From NCBI GenBank assembly GCA_017478185.1, contig JAFVEA010000009.1, forward strand, positions 5,264-69,263: DNA of 64,000 nucleotides, written 5' to 3'. The translations under genes were made by a program, and so were the position numbers. Under the pieces are notes generated by a model that searched no databases, had not been told where the DNA came from, and saw only the letters and a list, made by a program, of their open reading frames with translations. This document shows, in pieces, positions 56,779-64,000 of this stretch. The stretch is from Clostridia bacterium. Lineage in GTDB: Bacteria; Bacillota; Clostridia; Christensenellales; UBA1242. Each line of letters begins with the position of its first letter. Position 1 is the stretch's first letter.

Positions 56779-57189
56779 TTATTGATTAAAATATTTTGCA
56801 TATTTATCCACTCTAAGTTCAGTGTCTGATTTATCTTTTTGGCTATCTCCCACATCAATTGTTCCCAAATGGTTTGCCTTGTTTTGAATGAGTATTGGCA
56901 CAAAAGTGCTACCATATGGAATTGGGCTTAGCAAAAGATATAACCACCACCTATTGCCTTTTTTTGCCCCAATATAAACAAGCCTTTTATCAACAACGCA
57001 AAGCCAATAAATATAATAAATGATATTCACAACTGGCACAAGGAAAATCATCAAATGCCCTATCGCCATAATGCCTTGTCCACTTTCTTCTCTTAGTTCT
57101 TTTTGAAATTTATAGTGCCAAACAATATAATAAATCCCAAAAGTTACAAACCAAAGCAAAAGCATCATTCCAATTTTTCTTTCTTTCAT
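56779..57189 (-). CDS. DUF4234-like membrane protein
   Basis: LLLWFVTFGIYYIVWHYKFQKEL matches the DUF4234 signature (GIY..W). Confidence 0.6.
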   Translation of the reverse strand: MKERKIGMMLLLWFVTFGIYYIVWHYKFQKELREESGQGIMAIGHLMIFLVPVVNIIYYIYWLCVVDKRLVYIGAKKGNRWWLYLLLSPIPYGSTFVPILIQNKANHLGTIDVGDSQKDKSDTELRVDKYAKYFNQ

Positions 57190-57374
57190 CTTTCCCTCTT
57201 ATTTTTTATTATAAACATTTTAACAAAAAAGATTAAAAAAAACAAATAAAATGGTTGAATTTAGAATAATTATGTTAATTATTTTCAAAAATTAAAAATA
57301 TTAAACAAAAAAACTTAAGCTAGCAAAATAAAAAATAGCTTAGAATTTTTCTAAGCCATTTCATTTATTGTTTA

Positions 57375-57944
57375 TTATTCAGCAGCAACTTTTGCTAAAG
57401 TGTAAGTGCATGTTGATTCATCAGCAAATGATATAGTAACTATAGCCAAATCATTACTTCTTGCCCATGTTATAGAAGTAATATCTTCATCATCTACTGT
57501 GAGTTCTACTTTGTTGTTTACAATTTCCCATGTTGCAACTTCTGCATAATTGTTTTCATCCTCAGCAACACCTTTGTTATATACTTTGCCTTTTGCAGTG
57601 CCTTCACCTAATTCAAGTTTATAGTTTTGTAAAATTGCATACCCAAACATATGATATTCAAGCTGTTCTTCCAGTGTTAAATCTCTTTCATCTCCATCAT
57701 CAATTGCTTTAAGTTCTTGATATCTAGTATAAGTGTATGTCCCATTTGAAGAAGCGTCTTCCCCTGTTTTTCCAGCCACAACAACTTGTGTGCTATACCA
57801 AACACCAGCAACATCAGCGTTGGTTAGTTGTTGCTCATCTTCTCCTTTTGGTCCACAAGCGGCAAAGCCAAACATTGCAACAAATATCATTGCGAGTGTA
57901 ATAAAGCTTGCCAAAATTAAATTTTTTGTTTTAATTTTTTCCAT
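57375..57944 (-). CDS. Lipoprotein, unknown function
   Basis: Signal peptide with the lipobox GFAAC. 189 aa. Confidence 0.7.
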   Translation of the reverse strand: MEKIKTKNLILASFITLAMIFVAMFGFAACGPKGEDEQQLTNADVAGVWYSTQVVVAGKTGEDASSNGTYTYTRYQELKAIDDGDERDLTLEEQLEYHMFGYAILQNYKLELGEGTAKGKVYNKGVAEDENNYAEVATWEIVNNKVELTVDDEDITSITWARSNDLAIVTISFADESTCTYTLAKVAAE

Positions 57945-58044
57945 ATTTTTTATCCCCCTTTGATAATTTTATTCTAGCATTTGTTTTAAACCTTGTCAAA
58001 TAAATTACAAACAAATTAAAAACTTTGCCAAAAAAATATAAAAA

Positions 58045-58095
58045 ATAACATCGCAATTTGTCGATGTTATTTTTCTATTTTTAATTTAAATAAAA
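58045..58095. repeat. Terminator-containing direct repeat, left copy
   Basis: ATAACATCGCAATTTGTCGATGTTA hairpin plus TTTTCTATTTTTAATTTAAATAAAA. The latter 25 nt are identical to 59320-59344. Confidence 0.85.
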
Positions 58096-59222
58096 CTGTT
58101 TGATTCGTTATTATGTACTTCATCATTTATTTCGTCATTGTAGTTTTTTGCTTTATTATTGTTTGTTTCTTCGGCTTCTGGATTAAACATTTTTCCATCT
58201 TTTGTCAATAAACCTCTTGTGCATCCCTTTGGCGTTATTGCCCACAAACGATATCCTGGTTTTTCATATATCTTATAAAACTCTGGTATCTTTTTATATA
58301 TAATCATTGAATCATATTTTTTAAACATCCAACCAAAACCAGCTTTATTATAACTGTGGAAAATTTGCTTTGAATATGCTTCTCCATTCCTAAATGACTC
58401 ATTATCCGCCCTAAGGTAAACAGGGTATTTTATGGTTAAATCAGCAATTGTTTGTTTACCTAAATATACATCTTGTATTTCATATTTTAACTCATCAAAA
58501 AAATATTCTAAATTAATTTTTTCAAAGTTTTTTTCATTAAAATATGCTCCAAAAATAGCTGAATGACATCTATCATTTTCATTATAGTATGTTTTTATGC
58601 ACGAATTGAAATATGCAAAAGCATAAACATATCCATTCAAATGCCTAACATCAAACACAACTTCTTCTTTTGGATTTTTAGAAAATTTATCACTTATATA
58701 AAGTTCTTTTGATTCAAGTAAGTTAAATTTTTTAAGACATTCAACATCTTGATGCAAAATTTGTAAGATATTTTTCGAATCATGATATAAATCAATCCTA
58801 CCTGGAACAGCAAAACTATCTTTATGCATTAACGTAAAACTTGGAAGACTTTTTATATCTTTTTGTTTATAAGCATCAAGCTGCAAAGGAAACACGCCAT
58901 CTATATATAAAAAGTACCCCACGCAATCCGCTCTTTTTTTAGACAATCTTAAATTCTTTTTTTGTTCTTCTTCCCTTACCTTCAACAAATCTTCTTTGTA
59001 TAAAACTTCATTAAACAGAATTAATTCTTCATATTCGCTTAATTCTAATGGCTCTTCTGCGTTTTGTTGTTTTTCTTCAATTTTTAATTGTTTTAAAACC
59101 AAAAAATCAATGAATCTTGCTTTTTCTTCTTGTGATAATTTTTCTTCTTTTTCAATTTCTTTTACTTGTTCTTCTGCTTCTTGAACTATCTTTTTTAATT
59201 CTTCTCTCTTATTTGTTAACAT
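58086..59222 (-). CDS. Hypothetical protein (378 aa), N-terminal Glu/Lys coiled-coil-like region
   Basis: GGAG SD. No recognisable motif. The stop codon lies inside the left direct repeat. Confidence 0.6.
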   Translation of the reverse strand: MLTNKREELKKIVQEAEEQVKEIEKEEKLSQEEKARFIDFLVLKQLKIEEKQQNAEEPLELSEYEELILFNEVLYKEDLLKVREEEQKKNLRLSKKRADCVGYFLYIDGVFPLQLDAYKQKDIKSLPSFTLMHKDSFAVPGRIDLYHDSKNILQILHQDVECLKKFNLLESKELYISDKFSKNPKEEVVFDVRHLNGYVYAFAYFNSCIKTYYNENDRCHSAIFGAYFNEKNFEKINLEYFFDELKYEIQDVYLGKQTIADLTIKYPVYLRADNESFRNGEAYSKQIFHSYNKAGFGWMFKKYDSMIIYKKIPEFYKIYEKPGYRLWAITPKGCTRGLLTKDGKMFNPEAEETNNNKAKNYNDEINDEVHNNESNSFI

Positions 59223-59295
59223 ATAATTTTCTCCAAATATACTATAAACTTAGTATATCACATATTTATGAAATGTCAAGACACTTCAAAAAAGA

Positions 59296-59344
59296 ATAAC
59301 ATCAACAAATTTCAATGTTTTTTCTATTTTTAATTTAAATAAAA
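59296..59344. repeat. Terminator-containing direct repeat, right copy
   Basis: ATAACATCAACAAATTTCAATGTT hairpin plus the identical 25-mer at 59320-59344. Confidence 0.85.
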
Positions 59345-59369
59345 AGAGTGTTATAAAAACACCCTTTTA
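59341..59369 (-). terminator. thrS intrinsic terminator
   Basis: On the minus strand, AGGGUGUU/AACACUCU stem followed by UUUUUAUUU. Confidence 0.7.
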
Positions 59370-59378
59370 AATTTTTGT

Positions 59379-61127
59379 TTAATCTCTTATTTTATTTTCT
59401 ATTTCGTTTTTAGCAATTTTTATAAATTCATCAAGTTTAACTGCTCCCATATCGCCAACTTTGCGCTTTCTGATTGCAACAGTTTGTTCGTTCATTTCTT
59501 TTTCTCCAATAATCAAGCAATATGGAACTTTTTGAGCAGTTGCTTCTCTTATTTTCTTTCCGATTGTTTCATTTCTTAAATCAATGTCTGCTCTAATTCC
59601 GTTATCTTTTAATTTTTGAAGCACCATTTTGGCATAATCATTGCATTTATCAATAATAGGCAAAACATAAACTTGTTTTGGACTAAGCCACATTGGAAGA
59701 AGACCTTTATATTCTTCTATTAAAAATGCGATGAACCTATCAATTGAACCAAACACCGCTCTGTGGATAACAACAGGAGTGTGTTTTTCATTGTCTTCAC
59801 CAACATATTCTAGACCAAACTTTTCTGGAAGTTGATAATCTAATTGGCAAGTTGAAAGCGTGATTTCATGACCCAAAGCGCTATAAACTTGAACATCAAT
59901 TTTTGGACCATAAAAGGCTGCTTCGCCTTTTGCTTCACAAAATTCCGCACCACTTTCTTTTAAAAGCTCCCTTAATTCATTTTCACTTTTATCCCAAAGT
60001 TCATCATTATCAAAATATTTATCTGAGCCTTTTTCTCTTAATGATAATCTTAAATAATATTTTTCAAATCCAAAATCTTTGTAAACATCCAAAATTAGTT
60101 TTAAAACTTCGCCAACCACTTCTTTTATTTGGTCTGGACGGCAGAAAATGTGTGAGTCGTTTTGATAGAAGTTTCTAACTCTCTCTATACCTAAGAGTGT
60201 TCCGCTATCTTCAAACCTAAACACATTTCCAATTTCAGCAATTCTTAAAGGCAAATCCTTATAAGAATGCAAATCATTTTTAAACATCATCATGTGATGA
60301 GGGCAGTTCATAGGACGCAAAACAAATTCTTCGTTGTCCATTTTCATTGGTGGGAACATATCATCTTTATAGTGTGCCCAGTGCCCTGAAGTTTTGTATA
60401 GGTTGCTTGTTCCAATGCAAGGAGTTAACACATGTTTATAGCCATATGAAAGCTCTTTGTCCACAATATAATCGCATAAAGTTCTTCTTAAAATAAATCC
60501 GTTTGGAAGCCACATTGGAAGCCCTTTTCCAACAAGGTCAGAAAACATAAAAATTCCAAGCTCTTTTCCAAGCTTTCTGTGGTCACGCTCTTGTGCCTCT
60601 TGCAAAAACTTTTTGTGCTCTTTTAAATCTTGTTTATTTTCAAAACCAAAACAATAAATTCGTTGAAGCATTTTGTTCTTTTCGTTTCCTCTCCAATAAG
60701 CCCCTGCAACTTTGTCTATTTCAAAAGAAAAGTTTAACAAAAATTTTGTGTTTTCAACATGAGGTCCACGGCACAAATCAAAAAAGTCGTCACCAGTGTA
60801 ATAAATTGTTACAACCTCATCATCTTTTAAGCCGTTTAAAATTTCGCATTTATATTCGTTGTCTTTAAATATTTTTAATGCTTCTTTTTTGCTGACCTCC
60901 ACACGCCTGAAATCTTCTTGCCTTTTTAAAGTCTCTTTCATTTTGTTTTCAATTTTTTCAAAATCGTTAGGAGTTATTGGCACTTCGCAGTCAACATCAT
61001 AATAAAATCCAGTGTCTATTGCTGGCCCTATTGTGAGCTTGAGTTTATCTCCATAAATTTCTTTTAATGCTTTTGCCAAAATGTGTGCCATACTGTGTCT
61101 GAACATTTCTAATTTTTCTTTTTCCAT
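59379..61127 (-). CDS. thrS: Threonine--tRNA ligase (lacks the N-terminal TGS domain)
   Basis: 582 aa starting at the editing/second-additional domain (FRHSMAHILAKAL). Class II motifs (FRFEDSG..GIERVRNF; GFEKYYLRLS) and an anticodon-binding C-terminus. Confidence 0.95.
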   Translation of the reverse strand: MEKEKLEMFRHSMAHILAKALKEIYGDKLKLTIGPAIDTGFYYDVDCEVPITPNDFEKIENKMKETLKRQEDFRRVEVSKKEALKIFKDNEYKCEILNGLKDDEVVTIYYTGDDFFDLCRGPHVENTKFLLNFSFEIDKVAGAYWRGNEKNKMLQRIYCFGFENKQDLKEHKKFLQEAQERDHRKLGKELGIFMFSDLVGKGLPMWLPNGFILRRTLCDYIVDKELSYGYKHVLTPCIGTSNLYKTSGHWAHYKDDMFPPMKMDNEEFVLRPMNCPHHMMMFKNDLHSYKDLPLRIAEIGNVFRFEDSGTLLGIERVRNFYQNDSHIFCRPDQIKEVVGEVLKLILDVYKDFGFEKYYLRLSLREKGSDKYFDNDELWDKSENELRELLKESGAEFCEAKGEAAFYGPKIDVQVYSALGHEITLSTCQLDYQLPEKFGLEYVGEDNEKHTPVVIHRAVFGSIDRFIAFLIEEYKGLLPMWLSPKQVYVLPIIDKCNDYAKMVLQKLKDNGIRADIDLRNETIGKKIREATAQKVPYCLIIGEKEMNEQTVAIRKRKVGDMGAVKLDEFIKIAKNEIENKIRD

Positions 61128-61171
61128 AATTTTTCTCCTTTTAATTTTTTTGAACTTTTTCATATAAAAAC

Positions 61172-61396
61172 AAAAAAGTCCTTTTGCTTTGCTAAAAACA
61201 AAACATAAGGACGAGAATATATTTTTACCCGCGGTTCCACCTTATTTGCTATTTTTTAATAGCCACTTAATTTCACTTTAACAATAGTGATTATCGCATA
61301 GAAACAAAGTGGTTTCACATTATTTGCTCCTTGGGTGAATCTCAGCTGCGCACCCTCTCTGTGAATTGCACAAATACGCTACTTGTCTTTATCTTT
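61172..61396 (-). promoter_or_regulatory. T-box leader riboswitch (Thr; specifier ACC)
   Basis: On the minus strand: stem I AGAGAGGGUGCG, candidate specifier ACC at 61336-61334, T-box core AAGGUGGAACCGCGGG (61228-61243), and the terminator GTCCTT/AAGGAC (61178-61212) plus a U run, directly upstream of thrS. Confidence 0.85.
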
Positions 61397-61472
61397 ACTA
61401 TGATTATAAAAAGTTTAACATAGATTTTGCGATTTGTCAACTATAAAGAATAATAAAACAAAGTGCAAAAAT

Positions 61473-61502
61473 AAAAAAATGCAGAAAATTTCTGCATTTT
61501 TT
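61473..61502. terminator. Bidirectional intrinsic terminator, 29/30 identical to 63766-63795
   Basis: AAAAAAA-TGCAGAAA-A-TTTCTGCA-TTTTTT. Confidence 0.8.
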
Positions 61503-61534
61503 GTGATTTTTGTGTTTAAAATAGTGATTTTTAA

Positions 61535-63310
61535 TTATTCTTCAACTTTTATAATCTTAAAGCCACCACTAACATCATCTTGATTAGCGTATACTCTAAC
61601 ATATAAATAAGTATCATCAGAAACAGTTATACTACTCCAATTTGTTGAGTTTACTTCTTGTGCTGTTCCATTTGCATCATAATAAAATACTCTAACAGTT
61701 GCAACGCTTCCGCCCCCATAGAAATTATCATTAACACTAAAACTATATGTAGCACCTTGCTCAATCTCAAATCTTAAATACACTTTCTCATCGCTATTCA
61801 TATTTTCAACATGATTGGTTGCATCATATTCTTTTGATTGTGATGAGTAAGTATCACCAACAAAATACGCACTGCCAGGAACCACGCCTTTTCCTGTTGA
61901 CTCATTCACTTCATCCAAAATTCTAAATTTACCATCATTAAATGCTGAAGTTGCGGTGATTACAACATAATAATATCCGTCAAATGATGCTATGTGATCT
62001 TGATATGTACCATCAAATGTAGCTGATTGGAAAACCCCATTGTTATCAAGATAATAAAATGCAAAATCTCCAGCTTGAAGAGGTGTTTTATACTCTCTCT
62101 TTAATTTATAATCGCTTAGGTAAGCAAAACGATAATATGCCTTTTGTCCTACCCCTAAAGATAATGTTTGTTCTTCACCAAAGTTTATGGTTGTTCCAAC
62201 ATATTCTCCGCAAATCTCACAAAAACCATAGAAATCTGGATCTGTGTGTTCTGCGTGTTCTTTTAAAGTTATTGTTTCGGAATTGTCAATTTCATTATAG
62301 TTTGATTGAATAATTTTAACCATATATTGTTTGTTTTCTGTAGTATCAAAAGTTTGCCTATCCCCACCAGACTCATATAGTGTCCCATTAACAACTTCTT
62401 CCCATTCGTTAGATGTGTTCTTAGCATATATATAATACGAATATTCATTATCTTGCCCTAAAGAACAATCAAGATAATAAGTTTTGTCTGCTTCTAAATT
62501 TACTCTAAAATAATCTGTGTAGTATCCAGTTTGAGAACTTGTTGTAACCTCTGTGTATGGCGAAAAGTCACTATTAACTTGGATAAGGTCCCCGTATTCA
62601 ATATAATATTCTGGGCTTGTAACATTGTTTAAAAGTTTATAGTTTGTTGAATCTTCTCCAGTTAAACTTGCTGAATATGTGAATGTTTGCCCTGCCTCTA
62701 AGTTGTTGCCATTTAAAGTTTTTGTAACTGAGCAATTATCTCCAGCAATAATTCCACTTGTTTCTAGTGTCGGAACTCTTGGCGTTCCAAACACATAAGC
62801 AAATGTCGTGTTTTGTTGCCAAGCAAGAGTAACATCTTTTTGAGCAATTGTGTAACCTATTGTTCCAGTAAATTCTTCATTGTTGTTTTCTACTGCATTG
62901 ATGTGTATTTTTGCTTCATATTCTCCTGCATTTGTTGGAGCTATTTGAGAAAATTCATCTTCACTACCTTTTGCTCTATACCCAACAACACTAACTGAAC
63001 TTGGGCTTATTCCTTGTGCATTTTCTCCAAGAAGATTAAATGCTCCTTCAACATCAATTGGTTGAGCCTCACCGTTGTATGTTGCTGGCAAGGTTACTCC
63101 GTCCAAAAGGTCAGCGATGTCTTGAGCTGTTATAATTATTGTGTGTGAGTCTTGATTTTGAGTTTGTTCACTTTGATTGTTTTCTGGTTGCTCTGCTGGT
63201 TGCTCTGCTGGGTCCTTCCCACAAGCAGAAAAACCTAATGCAAAAAGTCCTATTGTGATGATTGATAACATAATCACAAAAAACTTTTTTAAACTTTTTG
63301 TTAAATTCAT
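61535..63310 (-). CDS. Lipoprotein (591 aa), unknown function
   Basis: Signal peptide with the lipobox GFSAC and a Gln/Pro/Glu linker. A segment resembling MBG/Ig-like repeats (TLAWQQNTTFAYVFGTPRVPT...GDNCSVT) is a weak call. Confidence 0.75.
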   Translation of the reverse strand: MNLTKSLKKFFVIMLSIITIGLFALGFSACGKDPAEQPAEQPENNQSEQTQNQDSHTIIITAQDIADLLDGVTLPATYNGEAQPIDVEGAFNLLGENAQGISPSSVSVVGYRAKGSEDEFSQIAPTNAGEYEAKIHINAVENNNEEFTGTIGYTIAQKDVTLAWQQNTTFAYVFGTPRVPTLETSGIIAGDNCSVTKTLNGNNLEAGQTFTYSASLTGEDSTNYKLLNNVTSPEYYIEYGDLIQVNSDFSPYTEVTTSSQTGYYTDYFRVNLEADKTYYLDCSLGQDNEYSYYIYAKNTSNEWEEVVNGTLYESGGDRQTFDTTENKQYMVKIIQSNYNEIDNSETITLKEHAEHTDPDFYGFCEICGEYVGTTINFGEEQTLSLGVGQKAYYRFAYLSDYKLKREYKTPLQAGDFAFYYLDNNGVFQSATFDGTYQDHIASFDGYYYVVITATSAFNDGKFRILDEVNESTGKGVVPGSAYFVGDTYSSQSKEYDATNHVENMNSDEKVYLRFEIEQGATYSFSVNDNFYGGGSVATVRVFYYDANGTAQEVNSTNWSSITVSDDTYLYVRVYANQDDVSGGFKIIKVEE

Positions 63311-63346
63311 TTTTTCTTCTCCTTTTAAATTTTTTTAAAATAAAAA

Positions 63347-63393
63347 CAACGCCAAAAATCAAAGATTTAAAAAATCCTCAACTTTTGGCGTTG
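63347..63393 (-). terminator. Hairpin plus U tract between the leader ORF and the lipoprotein gene (candidate attenuator)
   Basis: On the minus strand, CAACGCCAAAA (63393-63383) pairs with UUUUGGCGUUG (63357-63347). An inner GGAUUU/AAAUCU pairing is possible. UUUUUAUUUU follows. Confidence 0.6.
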
Positions 63394-63512
63394 ATTTTAT
63401 TAAAGTTATTTTTGAAAAACAAAAAATTGGCAGAGTTATAGCTGCTTGTCCGCTTGTCTGCTTGTCTGCTTGTCTGCTTGTCTGCTAAAATTGTGGCAAA
63501 ATTAAAGCTCAT
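63378..63512 (-). CDS. Candidate 44-codon leader ORF containing the octanucleotide repeat
   Basis: AGGAG lies 7 nt before ATG 63512. Product MSFNFATILADKQTSRQADKRTSSYNSANFLFFKNNFNKINAKS. The stop UGA (63380-63378) sits 2 nt past the hairpin 5' arm. Below the ORF-track length cutoff. Confidence 0.35.
   Translation of the reverse strand: MSFNFATILADKQTSRQADKRTSSYNSANFLFFKNNFNKINAKS
63444..63486. repeat. Octanucleotide microsatellite (GCTTGTCT)x5 plus a partial unit
   Basis: GCTTGTCC, then four exact GCTTGTCT units, then GCT. Read directly from the sequence. Confidence 0.95.
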
Positions 63513-63544
63513 TTGTCAACTCCTTTTTTGTTTTCCTAGAACTT

Positions 63545-63573
63545 ATTATATTAATTTAAAAAAAATAAGTCAA
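63545..63573 (-). promoter_or_regulatory. Near-consensus sigma-A promoter driving the leader ORF and lipoprotein gene
   Basis: On the minus strand, TTGACT (63573-63568), 17-nt spacer, TATAAT (63550-63545). Confidence 0.7.
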
Positions 63574-63639
63574 CAATTTAAACAACATTTTAGAAAATGT
63601 AAATTTTTTATTTTCAATAATTTTTAATGTTATTATTTT

Positions 63640-63734
63640 GAGATTCTCACGGTCGTGCTTTCAGCACTCCCTCAGAATGCCTTTCGGCTATCGCCTCAAG
63701 GCATTGCGAAGCCCTTTAGGGCTGTGGCAATCTC
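63640..63734. repeat. GC-rich modular hairpin repeat, inverted mosaic copy C
   Basis: The reverse complement GAGATTGCCACAGCCCTAAAGGGCTTCGCAATGCCTTGAGGCGATAGCCGAAAGGCATTCTGAGGGAGTGCTGAAAGCACGACCGTGAGAATCTC combines the three module types of copy B. Confidence 0.9.
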
Positions 63735-63765
63735 ATCTGTTTAAGACTTAAAGAAGTGAAAAAAC

Positions 63766-63795
63766 AAAAAAATGCAGAAAATTTTTGCATTTTTT
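63766..63795. terminator. Intrinsic terminator after nadD, 29/30 identical to 61473-61502
   Basis: AAAAAAA-TGCAGAAA-A-TTTTTGCA-TTTTTT. Confidence 0.75.
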
Positions 63796-63855
63796 ACAAC
63801 TTTTTAATGTTTTTTTGGTTAAAATTATAATAAAATTAAAAATTACACCAATTTT

Positions 63856-64000
63856 TTATTTCAAATATTTTTCAAAAAATGGCTTAGCGCTTGGGGCGAT
63901 ATAATCAAAATACTTTTTTATATCACCTCGAATTTTTGTGGAAGAGATATTTATTTCTTCTCTGTTTTTATCTTGCAAAACATATTCACTTTCTGGAAAA
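63856..64000 (-). CDS. nadD: Nicotinate-nucleotide adenylyltransferase, C-terminal fragment (continues beyond the window)
   Basis: My own translation of the minus strand gives FPESEYVLQDKNREEINISSTKIRGDIKKYFDYIAPSAKPFFEKYLK*. The ISSTxIR motif is diagnostic of NadD. Too short to appear in the ORF track. Confidence 0.7.
   Translation of the reverse strand, partial: FPESEYVLQDKNREEINISSTKIRGDIKKYFDYIAPSAKPFFEKYLK

Overview
AT-rich (about 30% GC by eye), gene-dense chromosomal segment that looks like a Firmicutes/Clostridia-type bacterium: Shine-Dalgarno-led genes, standard code, a T-box leader, a SpoVT/AbrB-type regulator, PFOR and GroESL. I support about 70 protein genes. Housekeeping genes: typA, truA, PFOR (nifJ), groES-groEL, thrS with a Thr T-box, rlmH, galE, comEB, a partial nadD, and a divergent glycerol locus (glpK plus lipase versus glpA-like, flavoprotein and DUF1667). 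Regulator/transporter pairs: a Fur-family repressor with a His-rich ArsP_2-like permease, a TetR with an MMPL exporter, and an orphan CsoR/RcnR-family repressor. These sit among many lineage-specific lipoproteins, membrane proteins and Sel1-repeat proteins of unknown function. I found no rRNA, tRNA, CRISPR array, transposase, integrase, phage gene or recognisable ATPase/nuclease defence module. All domain calls rest on motifs read from the translations; no database search was possible. The most unusual signals are non-coding. (1) A promoter, then a 44-codon leader ORF built around an 8-nt x5 microsatellite, then a terminator hairpin, in front of a lipoprotein gene (63347-63573); this is a candidate phase-variable attenuator. 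(2) A family of GC-rich modular hairpin repeats at four intergenic sites (9198, 33054, 35529, 63640). (3) Two accessory gene cassettes flanking thrS, each bounded by near-identical terminator modules. (4) Several tandem repeat arrays in promoter regions.
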